From the NCBI GenBank assembly GCA_040830765.1, contig JBFOMH010000013.1:96001-160000 (forward strand): a stretch of 64,000 nt of DNA. The letters are read 5' to 3'. Shown piece by piece: positions 27,818 through 37,277 of this stretch. Source of the DNA: Puniceicoccaceae bacterium. GTDB taxonomy: Bacteria > Verrucomicrobiota > Verrucomicrobiia > Opitutales > Oceanipulchritudinaceae. Numbering within the stretch: the stretch's first letter is position 1; every line of letters begins with the position of its first letter. Made by a program: the position numbers and the translations under genes. The notes under the pieces are model-generated. The model ran no database searches and was not told the DNA's origin. It saw nothing but the letters and a program-made list of their open reading frames with translations.

Positions 27818-29158
27818 TTATTGACCAAGCCACATCCAACTGCCGGATTCGGTCACGAATTCCTCCGGCAGATAGGCATAGCTGCCCAGGGCATAGATAT
27901 AAACCCACGGTGGACTGCTGGTATCGATCCAGCCCAGGAATCCACCCGTATCGACACTAACACCATCCTGGGCAATATCCCAGATGCCGGCCCACTGATT
28001 GGAACCTTTCAAGGTTATCCCGCTGAAAACCTGTACCGGGGTGGTGACTTCATCCGGGGCACTAACGCCCAATTGGTCAAAGAAATTGGAGCCACAGGCC
28101 CAGACGGTCCCGTCATTCTTGAGGATGAGAGTGTAATAGGGACCCGCTTCCATCGCTGCGACATCGCTGAGTAACTGGAATGGGGTGGCCTTGTCATCGT
28201 TTGTGCCATCGCCTAATGCGCCCCAGATATTGCTGCCAACAGCCCACAAGGCGCCGTTACTTTTCAGGAAAAGGCTGTGCCCGAATCCCGCATCAATAGC
28301 GATAATGTCTGTCATCCCCGGCACGGGCTGGAGAGCACCGGAACTCGAAAACTCCCCATTGCCCAGCTGGCCGGTATTGTTGCGGCCGACTGCGCTGACC
28401 GTTCCATCATTCATGAGGAACAAACTGTGGTAACCGCCTGCGGAAATCGCTTTGACTCCTGTCTGGGTAATCGTCGCAATGGACCGGTCAGTGTTGGTTC
28501 CATCACCCAATTGGCCAAACGTATTGAAGCCTGCGGCCCAGGCATTGCCATCCTTGTCCAGGAAGAGCGCGTGTGCCTGCCCCACTGAAACCGTCTCGAT
28601 ATTACTGATCCCCTGAACCTGGACCGGGCTGGACTTGTCCTCCGTCGTCCCGTCTCCCAGCTGGCCGGTGCTGTTGCCTCCTGTGGCCCAGACAGTCCCG
28701 TCCTCCATGATAAAATAGCTGCTGGCATCGTAGGCGGCAATGGCCTTGACCCCGGTCAGTCCGGACACTGGAACGGGCGTGATGCGAAATTCCAGCGTCC
28801 CGTCGCCGAGTTGGCCACTAAAGTTGTCACCGGTCCCAACAACTGTCTTGTCATCCTTCAGGAAGAGGCTGTAGGCATTTCCGGAAGCAACCATGGTGAT
28901 TCCACTGAGGTGGTCCAATTTGGTATACACGGAGGCTGGTGTCTGGGACCCGTTGCCAAACTCATAATTGGTGTTGGAACCGGTTCCCCAGACCGACCCG
29001 TCATCCTTGAGAATAAGGCTGGTAAAGTATCCAGTAGAAAAATACACCCCGTTGGGGACTTTCCCAATGGCCGCTTCCGCAAGCGGGCCACTGGCAAGAA
29101 AAGGAAGCAGCAGGCAGGTAAACGTAAACGCTCGTTTCAAGCGGGTCGTGGAGAACAT
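27818..29158 (-). CDS. Secreted RCC1-repeat protein with C-terminal Trp-rich module
   Basis: Seven repeats of HSLFL..DGTVWA.G.N..GQLGDGT; tail DTGGFLGWIDTSSPPWVYIYAL. Confidence 0.9.
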   Translation of the reverse strand: MFSTTRLKRAFTFTCLLLPFLASGPLAEAAIGKVPNGVYFSTGYFTSLILKDDGSVWGTGSNTNYEFGNGSQTPASVYTKLDHLSGITMVASGNAYSLFLKDDKTVVGTGDNFSGQLGDGTLEFRITPVPVSGLTGVKAIAAYDASSYFIMEDGTVWATGGNSTGQLGDGTTEDKSSPVQVQGISNIETVSVGQAHALFLDKDGNAWAAGFNTFGQLGDGTNTDRSIATITQTGVKAISAGGYHSLFLMNDGTVSAVGRNNTGQLGNGEFSSSGALQPVPGMTDIIAIDAGFGHSLFLKSNGALWAVGSNIWGALGDGTNDDKATPFQLLSDVAAMEAGPYYTLILKNDGTVWACGSNFFDQLGVSAPDEVTTPVQVFSGITLKGSNQWAGIWDIAQDGVSVDTGGFLGWIDTSSPPWVYIYALGSYAYLPEEFVTESGSWMWLGQ

Positions 29159-29375
29159 TATATGAACCTTGGTTGGCAATTAGAGAATGAGAGAGTTTGT
29201 GCCATGAAGGCAACGAAGCTGGCGCAACTCAGCCCATTGAATGGTCAAAGGTCAATTCTTATGTGGAAGCTGGCCAAGCCATGACGGAAGCTTCCCGGAC
29301 AAAGCATTGACCTCCCGGCCCCTGGGGGATAATAATCGTCCTTCAACAATTAATTTCTCAAAGGAGACACTTGTC

Positions 29376-30050
29376 ATGAAAAACCTGCCATTAGCCCTTT
29401 TGATTACCGCCACTGTCCTCTCCGGATGCGGCAAGAAGGATGAAACACCCTCCACCGTTGCGGCTTCCGCTCCGGAAGCACCCGTTGTCGAAGAGGTTCC
29501 CCAGGAACCTGTAGCCGAAGAGGCCGCACCGGCAACTGAATCTGCCTCCTCGCTGGTTTCATCGCTGACCGCACAGGTAGAGGAAACGGTTAAGGCGGCC
29601 ATGCCGGAGGCCGAGGAGACTGCCACCGCAGCCGCTCCGGAAGTGGAAGAGACTGTTGCCGCCGCGATGCCGGAAGTTGAAGAGTCCGCCACCTCCGTCA
29701 TGCCGGATATCAAGGAAGCCGCCATGGCGGCAGCCAGCTCGGTCGACTGGGCCAACCTTTCCTGGAATGATGTCTCGGCCATTCCCTATGATGACAAGGA
29801 AAAGCTCCTCGCATGGGCAGCCCCCCAAATCGACTCCCTGAAGGATCAACTTTCGAAAGCCGTCATGGACAAGGGACTGACCGGCCTGGCCAGCCTCGGC
29901 GACAGTGGCTGGCAGGGGGCGGTCAAGACAGCCGTCGAGGCTCTCGATACCGTGCGCAACTCCTCCCCGGAAACCTGGGAACTGGCCCGCGGTGCCCTGG
30001 TCAGCGCCTGGCAGACCCTGGAAACCGAAGCGCGGAAGTATCTTGAATAG
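29376..30050 (+). CDS. Acidic Ala/Glu-rich lipoprotein with 11-aa repeats
   Basis: AAGGAG SD, MKNLPLALLITATVLSGC lipobox; TTGACC...GATAAT upstream. Confidence 0.8.
   Translation: MKNLPLALLITATVLSGCGKKDETPSTVAASAPEAPVVEEVPQEPVAEEAAPATESASSLVSSLTAQVEETVKAAMPEAEETATAAAPEVEETVAAAMPEVEESATSVMPDIKEAAMAAASSVDWANLSWNDVSAIPYDDKEKLLAWAAPQIDSLKDQLSKAVMDKGLTGLASLGDSGWQGAVKTAVEALDTVRNSSPETWELARGALVSAWQTLETEARKYLE
29577..29735 (+). repeat. Imperfect 33-bp tandem repeat, 4 copies plus a partial one
   Basis: VEETVKAAMPE / AEETATAAAPE / VEETVAAAMPE / VEESATSVMPD / IKEAAMAAA. Confidence 0.8.
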
Positions 30051-30527
30051 ATGACCCGGCATTTGCTTTCCAAATCCTCCAGCCGTCAGTCCTGTAGGTT
30101 GCGGATTTCCATCCTCACGGGGATTGGACTGATCGCCCTGCTCCTATCCGGGGGCTGCTCAACCAGTTCCACCGTGGTCACCGGTGATACGCGCGAGCCG
30201 ACCGATCCATCATCGGTGCAGATTTACCGCGAGGTGCCGCCCGTTTTTGAGGAAATCGGCCTGGTTCAAGCAACCAGCAAGGGGGCGATGGCATTTTCAG
30301 AGCAGGAGAAATCGGATGTCGCCATCGAGCGATTGAAGGAAGCCGCTGCCGAGCTTGGAGCGAATGGGATAATCCTTGAAAGCATGACGGATGAATACGG
30401 AGGCAGTTTCTCCCTCGGTTTTGGTACCGGAAGCTACTCCGGAAGCGGGGGGGCATCCGTGGGGGTCGGCAGCTCCACCGCAACCTCATTCAAGATGGCC
30501 AGTGGCGTTGCCATCTGGGTCCCCTGA
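30051..30527 (+). CDS. Lipoprotein, YbjQ-like fold suspected
   Basis: LSGGC lipobox; FEEIGLVQA..LKEAAAELGANGII; Gly/Ser-rich tail. Confidence 0.7.
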   Translation: MTRHLLSKSSSRQSCRLRISILTGIGLIALLLSGGCSTSSTVVTGDTREPTDPSSVQIYREVPPVFEEIGLVQATSKGAMAFSEQEKSDVAIERLKEAAAELGANGIILESMTDEYGGSFSLGFGTGSYSGSGGASVGVGSSTATSFKMASGVAIWVP

Positions 30528-30532
30528 GTCGA

Positions 30533-32695
30533 TTACTCCAACTCCACCGTCAACCGGAAGTAACGGGAATCATCTTCACCCGCAAGGACCAGTTCCTCGA
30601 CACGGTAGGTGATGCCATCCACTGTCTCGGTCTGGCTGCTGGAAGGGCTCTTGCCGGCATACGGACCCTCTGGTGTAGCGGCTCCCTGAATACCAATTCC
30701 GGCCTCAAGGGCAGCCTCGTTGTAAGGATAGCGGAAGGTAAAGGTGACCGGCCCATCGACAGAGAAGTCGACAATCTCGAATCCGGGGTCGGCATCGGGG
30801 CTGGCCAGATCTGTCCCAATGGCCCATTCCAGAAGATTAGGCAAACGGTCGCCATCGGCATCCTGCCCGGCGAAGGGAATTAAGTCGGAACCCGGCAAAA
30901 TGCTCTCTCCAGTTGCCCCTTCAAGGGCCTTGCGGAAGTTTTCCGTTCGTTCGTAGGCAACAACGACCGCCACATCACCATAGGCGAGGACATACTCGAA
31001 ACCCTCAGCAGGCACTGGCAGGGAAACCTCGCTGAAGGTGCCACTGACCGCGCTGCCACTGAGAATTGTCCAAACATTGCCCGGAACGGGGTTGAATCCA
31101 TTCTCGAGGGAGACAACCAAAGTTCCATCAAGGCTGAGGGTTCCCGAGGTGGAAAGCCGATCCGAGGCATTTCCGGCACCGAGCTCGATCTCGAGAGTGG
31201 CAGTCGAGGAAAGTTCAGCCTTGCCCGTGACAGCCAAGGTCCCGATGGATTGGCCCGGCTGGGTTGGCCCGCTGAATACAACGGTAGTTGCCCGAATCGT
31301 ACCCCCGCCACGGAGCGTGGAGCTGTCGCCAAAGATCAGGCTGCTCCCGCCTCTCAAGGTGGTCCCCTCAAGGACCTCGATGGTCCCGCTCAGGGTTAAT
31401 CCAGAATAGGGAGCACGAAGCGTCCCGGTCTCGACCCTGAGGGTGCCACCGCCACTGTAGTCCCGCGCCACAAGGAGAGACTCACCCGTGCCGCCGGTCT
31501 TGGTAATGGACCCGTTATTGATGATCGTAAGGTAAGAGAAATTGTTGATGGGGCCATTGTTGTTGATGTCACCATCATCACTGAACTCGAGGCTGCCATC
31601 GACACGCAGGGTGGCGGTTCCGTTGTTCACCAGCGCGGAACCGGCTTCGTCAAAGACGATCGTGCCCCCTGTGTTGATGTGCAGTTCGGACGTTCCCTCC
31701 AGGTTTGTCTGGGTACCTCCCTTGACCGCAAGCTCAGCCCCGTTTGTCACCTGGACAAGGACGGCATCTCCTAGTTTTCCGGACTCGAATTCGAGGGAGT
31801 TCCCGCTGAGCTTGACCGTTCCCTCACCTCCGATGAAGCCGCTGCTGGCAAGGGTAAAATTATTGACGGGTACAGTTACTCCGTCCGGCACAGACATTTT
31901 CGCTGCCAGACGCGTTTCCCCATCTCCGATAATTGTCGATCCGTCCTCGAAGACAATTTCCCGGGACATCAAGCGGATGATTCCGGGTGTTTCCGTCCGG
32001 AACTGGCCTGAATTAACCCCTCCACCGGCTACCCGCAGCAAACCCTCTCCACAAAAAACCTCCAGCTGATTATCAAAAGGCGCGCTGAAAGTCGCGGTGC
32101 CGGTTCCGGCTTCCTTGCGGATGAAACCTGTATTGATGACCGACGGGGGTACCGGCGGAAAGAGCAAATCGTTATCGTCGATACTGGAGCCGTCGAACAG
32201 GAGGATAGTGTTCTTGTTCTCGAAGCGGGCACTGTTCTTCATGAACAACTGGTTGATGGTCAACGTCCCATCGTTGATCACAGTAAGCTGTTCAAAACCG
32301 TTCCCCTGGCCGCCTCCGATAATTCCGCTTTCCACTATCCTGACAGTGCCTGTTCCATCCAGGGTACCACCGAGGATCATTGTGCTCGTGGTCAGGCTGT
32401 TATCCTGGTTGATAACAATCCTCGCGGACCCCAGCGCTTCCAGTGCCGAAATGACGATGTCGCTTCCGACATTGACCAGCGCACCCTCAATGCGCGCACC
32501 CTCCGTGATGGAATCCGGAACCAGGTTGGGATTCCAGTTTGTCGGACTCTCCCAAACGGCTCCACTTTCCCCGACATACGTGCGGAATTCCTGGGCCTGC
32601 AAACTTGCGCCCATGAATGCGAGAAACAGGAGTGGTAAACGGATTGCATTGAAAACTCGATACAACAGGCAGAGGTCGTTCATAGGAAATGTCAT
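30533..32695 (-). CDS. Secreted beta-helix/autotransporter-passenger-like protein with DxDGD...FR C-terminal domain
   Basis: WESPTNWNPNLVP, KTGGTGES, PGQSIGTLAVTG, LEIELG..SDRL..GTLSLDGTL; DADGDRLPNLLEWAIGTD..YFRLTVE. Confidence 0.75.
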   Translation of the reverse strand: MTFPMNDLCLLYRVFNAIRLPLLFLAFMGASLQAQEFRTYVGESGAVWESPTNWNPNLVPDSITEGARIEGALVNVGSDIVISALEALGSARIVINQDNSLTTSTMILGGTLDGTGTVRIVESGIIGGGQGNGFEQLTVINDGTLTINQLFMKNSARFENKNTILLFDGSSIDDNDLLFPPVPPSVINTGFIRKEAGTGTATFSAPFDNQLEVFCGEGLLRVAGGGVNSGQFRTETPGIIRLMSREIVFEDGSTIIGDGETRLAAKMSVPDGVTVPVNNFTLASSGFIGGEGTVKLSGNSLEFESGKLGDAVLVQVTNGAELAVKGGTQTNLEGTSELHINTGGTIVFDEAGSALVNNGTATLRVDGSLEFSDDGDINNNGPINNFSYLTIINNGSITKTGGTGESLLVARDYSGGGTLRVETGTLRAPYSGLTLSGTIEVLEGTTLRGGSSLIFGDSSTLRGGGTIRATTVVFSGPTQPGQSIGTLAVTGKAELSSTATLEIELGAGNASDRLSTSGTLSLDGTLVVSLENGFNPVPGNVWTILSGSAVSGTFSEVSLPVPAEGFEYVLAYGDVAVVVAYERTENFRKALEGATGESILPGSDLIPFAGQDADGDRLPNLLEWAIGTDLASPDADPGFEIVDFSVDGPVTFTFRYPYNEAALEAGIGIQGAATPEGPYAGKSPSSSQTETVDGITYRVEELVLAGEDDSRYFRLTVELE

Positions 32696-32758
32696 TTTAC
32701 TTATTAATAAAATAAGTCAAGGTTGGGAACATGTTTGGTTTCAGGTAGGTAATATAAA

Positions 32759-32783
32759 GGCGCGGCCCAAGCTGGGCCGCGCC
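32759..32783 (-). terminator. Intrinsic terminator
   Basis: GGCGCGGCCCA AGC TGGGCCGCGCC followed by TTTATATT on the minus strand. Confidence 0.8.
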
Positions 32784-32808
32784 CGATAATTGACTGCTGC
32801 AAGACAAA

Positions 32809-35800
32809 TCAGAAGGCGACGGTAACAATGTCCGAACAGACGGAATTGTCATCAGCACAGACCTGATAATCGATAATGGGCCCACCCTTGAGATTTGTGT
32901 TATCCGTGTAGGCTCCATCCGCCCGCGGCACAGTGGCTATCGTTTCCCAGATTCCACCATCCACGCTGCGCAGGATGTCGACTGTCTCGATTGACGAACC
33001 ACCCTGCCAGGTGAGATCAACGACGGCCTTGCCCCGCTTCTTGGATCCGGCGGCTTGCAGGGCAATGCCATCCGGGGTTGTGACAGGACCGCTGATATTG
33101 GATGCCGCACTGAAGCTGGCCGTGTAGGCAACAACCTGGTACCAGTAGGTGCCATTGGGAATGGCTGTGCCATCGGTGAACTCGGACGCATCCACCGGTG
33201 CAACACCGATTTCAGTGAAACTGGTCCCATCGGTCGAACGCATGACCCGGAAGCCCCGCTCGTTGGTGGAATTATCGGACCAAGTCAGCTGTACTTCAGC
33301 CGAGGAAACAACCGCTGCTAAAAGGCCGCTTGGTGCACTGGGAGGGGAATCATTGGGATCCAGGTCCGTTCTGAGGAACAGCTGATCGATACGAACGGAG
33401 TCCAGACTGCGGTAACCCTGAGTCCCGTCGCTGTCAACAACCCGGACTAGCATGTCGGCCGGATCACTAGTCGGCAGAGCACCCGAGTAGATCGTCCCCG
33501 GGTTACTGTTCTGGGGAACTGTCAAGGTGGTTGTCCAGCTGTTGCCACCATCGGTGGAGACCTCGAAATGGAAATCATCTCCTTCAGAGTTGGCGGGTGC
33601 CCAGGCATTGGCAAAAAGCGTGATGGCGAGGCCGCCACGGACACCCGGGAAAGACCATTGGTGCTCGGCAAAGGATCGGCGCCGGCTGGGTTTACCTCCT
33701 GACTCCTCCTCTGTAATGACCTGTTCGATACCATCAGCTTCATGAGTGTCCGAATAACTGCCCTGCACCGACCCGGAAACAGGAACGTCCTGCGCCGCAA
33801 ATGCATCCACCCAAGCAGGAGGAGGATCTGTCGTAGTGAAGGTTGTATTGGAACCACTCTCGCCCCAGGCGTTACTGGAGAACACCTGATACGTGTAGGT
33901 TGTATCCGCCATCAGGCCGGTATCCTGATAGGATGTGGAACCAGCGGCCAGGGTGGCCACCTCGATCCAAGTCACATTGTCGGTTGTCCGCCGTAAAATG
34001 AAGGCGTCCTCATTATTTGAATTGTCCAGCCAGGAAAGACTGATAGCGGCATCAGAATCCGTTGTTGCGACTAGCCCGGAGGGCGCAGCAGGTGGTGGAG
34101 GCGGTGGCGCAGTGGTTGCCGAATCCGGAGAAGTGTAGGCGGAATTGCCGGCAATATTGGAGGCCCGGACCCGATAGTGATAGGTCGTGGACGGGGTCAG
34201 GCCTGTGTCGGTGTATCCTGTCACATCAGTCGCCACGGAAGCGATCTCACCCCATGCAATTCCATCCGGCGAACGCTCGATCCTGAAACTCGACTCATCA
34301 CTTGAGTTGTCGAGCCAGGAAATATCGATCGATTCGTAGGAAGCAGAAGTGGCCACCAGGGCAGAGGGAGCCAAGGGGGGGGTCGTAGGTGTGCCAACCA
34401 CCTCATAGGAGAAGGACATGGTCGGACCCGAGGCACTGATGTCATAGATGCGATTATTCGTCTGCACGAAAACATTCCCCTGATAAGCGTCAGTATTCGG
34501 CCACGGACCCGTATTCGGATTCACGGATACGGTAAGTTCATTGTTTCCGCCGGCATGCCAGGTGTCGTAGCGGTCACCGCGGTCACGCCCCTGCTCAAGG
34601 TCATAGGCCCCATCCGCCTGCAGGACAGCAACCCGGTAATGGCTGCCAGACCAGACCCCACCGGAGGGGAAGCCTTCAATGTTGTAACCTGCGGACTCAT
34701 CGATGTGCCAGATAACCATTCCACCCTGGGGCATCGCCCAATCAAATCCAGTCGGCTGGCGATTCTCCAGCAGCAGGTATTCACCGGATGGATACCCATG
34801 GTCGATGCGATATGCCTCGGAATGGAATTCCGCTTCATTGAGAGTGTAAGTCCCCGCTGTGTCCAGGATTGTCGGGCTCAACCAACCCAATCGGACCTTG
34901 CTCCAGGGACACATGTGCGGAGGCGACTTCTGGGAACCATCGAATCCCCAGGAATTTGCCATCAGGCCAAAGGAACCGATCCCCTCCCCGGGACTACTGT
35001 CGGTGTCATAAAGGTCGGGCAATCCAAGGAAATGACCTGTTTCATGCGCGATAACCCCGATGCGCCCAATCGCAGAGCCGCTCGTTCCCCAGACTGCCGG
35101 GCTGATATGGTAATTACTGACCGCAACGCCTTCCTGGCTGGTCCAGCCACCGGAGATAGTCCACTTGTGTGACCAGATGCGGTCAATGTAATTGGTCCCG
35201 TAGGCATCGTTCCCACCCCACTCTGCACCATATCCCGAGTGGAGAAAAGTGATGGAATCAATGAGCCCATTCCCGTCCAGGTCAAACTCACTGAAATCAA
35301 TCAAGGCATCGACTTTGGTCAGGGCATCCTTTAACGCCGCATGGATGAGCGACGTCAATCCCCTGTTTCCGTTGGCATAATAGGTCTCTGTGTTATCAGA
35401 GGTTACCCATACGGCGACTGTCGATTCAAGTGACAAGGTGCCATAGGAGTTTTCCAAGTATACATCCCGCACGCTGCCTGTCGGGGCAAGGACGGGATCA
35501 CCGCCCGGGGCATTCATGAGTATGTCGATGTCCGACTCTGAAGGAATCGTTCTACCGGCATGGTCCGACCAACGGATCAGGACAACCAGGTTCTTCAGTA
35601 CTCCCGACGTTGCTGAAGCCAAGGTAGGACCTTCGCTTCCCGCACTTCCAGAGGTTCCGTCACTGGTTTGCGGGAAACCGTGGGCACGGGCGCGCTCCGA
35701 CATGACCTTGGCCGAGGGCAATTCGCCCGGCTTGAGACCACGCGCCTTGGGATTGTCAACTCCCACCCGTAATCCGCTTGATACAAGCCGTCCCGTAGCC

Positions 35801-36063
35801 TGGTCACGTTTTCCATAGACATACCAGCCCCGGTCACGGATGACCGTGAAGCCGTGAATGTCCTGTTCAAAACTGAACCACTCGTCACCGCGAACCTGTA
35901 ACCGGATCTCCTGGCCATCCGGTTGCTGGACGACGTATGGGTCTGGATTGGCCTGAATGGCAAAGACCGTAGCGGCTGGGATTAAGCAGCCGATGAGCAT
36001 GAATAATTTGGGCAGCGAAAAAGCAACTACACCCAAGCGACGATTGTGTGTGAACCGTTTCAT
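32809..36063 (-). CDS. M6 (immune inhibitor A) family metalloprotease with fibronectin type III domains
   Basis: QPDG..VRGDEW prodomain; HETGHFLGLPDLYD; GLMANSW; EYLLLENRQ; three WxDNS.(N/D)E..F...R FN3 units; start inferred at 36063. Confidence 0.93.
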   Translation of the reverse strand: MKRFTHNRRLGVVAFSLPKLFMLIGCLIPAATVFAIQANPDPYVVQQPDGQEIRLQVRGDEWFSFEQDIHGFTVIRDRGWYVYGKRDQATGRLVSSGLRVGVDNPKARGLKPGELPSAKVMSERARAHGFPQTSDGTSGSAGSEGPTLASATSGVLKNLVVLIRWSDHAGRTIPSESDIDILMNAPGGDPVLAPTGSVRDVYLENSYGTLSLESTVAVWVTSDNTETYYANGNRGLTSLIHAALKDALTKVDALIDFSEFDLDGNGLIDSITFLHSGYGAEWGGNDAYGTNYIDRIWSHKWTISGGWTSQEGVAVSNYHISPAVWGTSGSAIGRIGVIAHETGHFLGLPDLYDTDSSPGEGIGSFGLMANSWGFDGSQKSPPHMCPWSKVRLGWLSPTILDTAGTYTLNEAEFHSEAYRIDHGYPSGEYLLLENRQPTGFDWAMPQGGMVIWHIDESAGYNIEGFPSGGVWSGSHYRVAVLQADGAYDLEQGRDRGDRYDTWHAGGNNELTVSVNPNTGPWPNTDAYQGNVFVQTNNRIYDISASGPTMSFSYEVVGTPTTPPLAPSALVATSASYESIDISWLDNSSDESSFRIERSPDGIAWGEIASVATDVTGYTDTGLTPSTTYHYRVRASNIAGNSAYTSPDSATTAPPPPPPAAPSGLVATTDSDAAISLSWLDNSNNEDAFILRRTTDNVTWIEVATLAAGSTSYQDTGLMADTTYTYQVFSSNAWGESGSNTTFTTTDPPPAWVDAFAAQDVPVSGSVQGSYSDTHEADGIEQVITEEESGGKPSRRRSFAEHQWSFPGVRGGLAITLFANAWAPANSEGDDFHFEVSTDGGNSWTTTLTVPQNSNPGTIYSGALPTSDPADMLVRVVDSDGTQGYRSLDSVRIDQLFLRTDLDPNDSPPSAPSGLLAAVVSSAEVQLTWSDNSTNERGFRVMRSTDGTSFTEIGVAPVDASEFTDGTAIPNGTYWYQVVAYTASFSAASNISGPVTTPDGIALQAAGSKKRGKAVVDLTWQGGSSIETVDILRSVDGGIWETIATVPRADGAYTDNTNLKGGPIIDYQVCADDNSVCSDIVTVAF

Positions 36064-36251
36064 AAGACAGCAGATTTGAGTTATTAGAAGGTCCCGCGAA
36101 GTTTGCAGCTGCGGGATTGTGGACAATGAAGACAACAAAAGTTGAGGTCTTTACCCTATGAAATGCGCCGCGAGGGTCAAGCTCAATAGCCGCCCTCAAG
36201 GCCCATGAAAACTGGCAAAATTCTCTTTTACCAATTTTTTAAACCACTCTT

Positions 36252-37094
36252 TCAGAGGGCTTCTACAGCTTGGCTGACGGCTTTTTCCAAATCATCGCCG
36301 CGCAGATCCTTGGCGATGATTTTCCCCTCCGGACCGATGAGGTAAGTAGTTGGAATACTGCTCACCGCGTATTTGTTGGAAAGCTCGTTGTCCCAGCCCT
36401 TTCCATCATAATACTGCGGCCAGTCCATTTTGTTTTCCGCTATAAAGGATTCCAGCTTTTCCTTGTCCTTGTCGAGGCTGATACCGATAATTTCAAAACC
36501 ACTGTCATTAAATTCCTGATACGTTTCCAGGAGATGAGGGAGCTCGGCGATACAGGGCGGACACCATGTGGCCCAAAAGTCGATCAGGACAACCTTGCCC
36601 TTGTAATCCGCAAGGGAGATGGCCTTACCCTCAAGATCGGAAAAAGAGAGGTCGGGAAAGACACCACCGACCTGCAAGGACTCCAGCATGTCGATCTGGG
36701 CGACCAGCTTTTCCACTTTGGCGATCAGTTCAGTGTCTGTAAAATCGCTTAAAATGCGTTCATATTCCTGGCGGGCAGCAGGCAGGTCGTCGAGGATGTT
36801 CTGGTAGACCATGCCCTTGAAGATCAGTACAGAGAAACGCTCTTGCTGCATCCCGGCATCAATCTTGTCATAAAGGGTATCCAGTTCATTCAGATACTTG
36901 GCATATTCCACGGCGTCCGTTTCACCGCTGCGGTACATGGAGAGAATAGTCTGCATCGCCGCTTTCAGCTCCCTGGCCGGAGCGGCATTCTCCGGTGCAG
37001 TCGTGTCGCCATCACTGGCAGGCTCTGTTTCTGCACCAAGGGGAAGGAGGAACGCACTGAAAAGGATAAGGATAAAGGAAATCCGTTTGAACAT
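36252..37094 (-). CDS. TlpA-family thiol:disulfide oxidoreductase, exported
   Basis: Signal peptide; GKVVLIDFWATWCPPCIAELP; IPTTYLIGPEGKI. Confidence 0.92.
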   Translation of the reverse strand: MFKRISFILILFSAFLLPLGAETEPASDGDTTAPENAAPARELKAAMQTILSMYRSGETDAVEYAKYLNELDTLYDKIDAGMQQERFSVLIFKGMVYQNILDDLPAARQEYERILSDFTDTELIAKVEKLVAQIDMLESLQVGGVFPDLSFSDLEGKAISLADYKGKVVLIDFWATWCPPCIAELPHLLETYQEFNDSGFEIIGISLDKDKEKLESFIAENKMDWPQYYDGKGWDNELSNKYAVSSIPTTYLIGPEGKIIAKDLRGDDLEKAVSQAVEAL

Positions 37095-37277
37095 AATGGT
37101 GGGCCTTTCGAAATGAAGTTGTTAAATTACCCTGATACGGGAATGTCTGGGTATTTAGCTGAACCAGAATCTGGAATCAAGGGCATTCAGGAACTTCCTG
37201 CTTTCCTGCATCATGATGTGGAGGCGAATCGACCCCGTGGCTTGCGGAAATGTCAACCAGCCCCTATTTGTTCGACC

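Noticed and set aside
36843..37277. N-terminal extension of the 422-aa OYE ORF
   Set aside because: Overlaps the divergent TlpA gene; OYE-like sequence and a promoter-like element point to ATG 37278.
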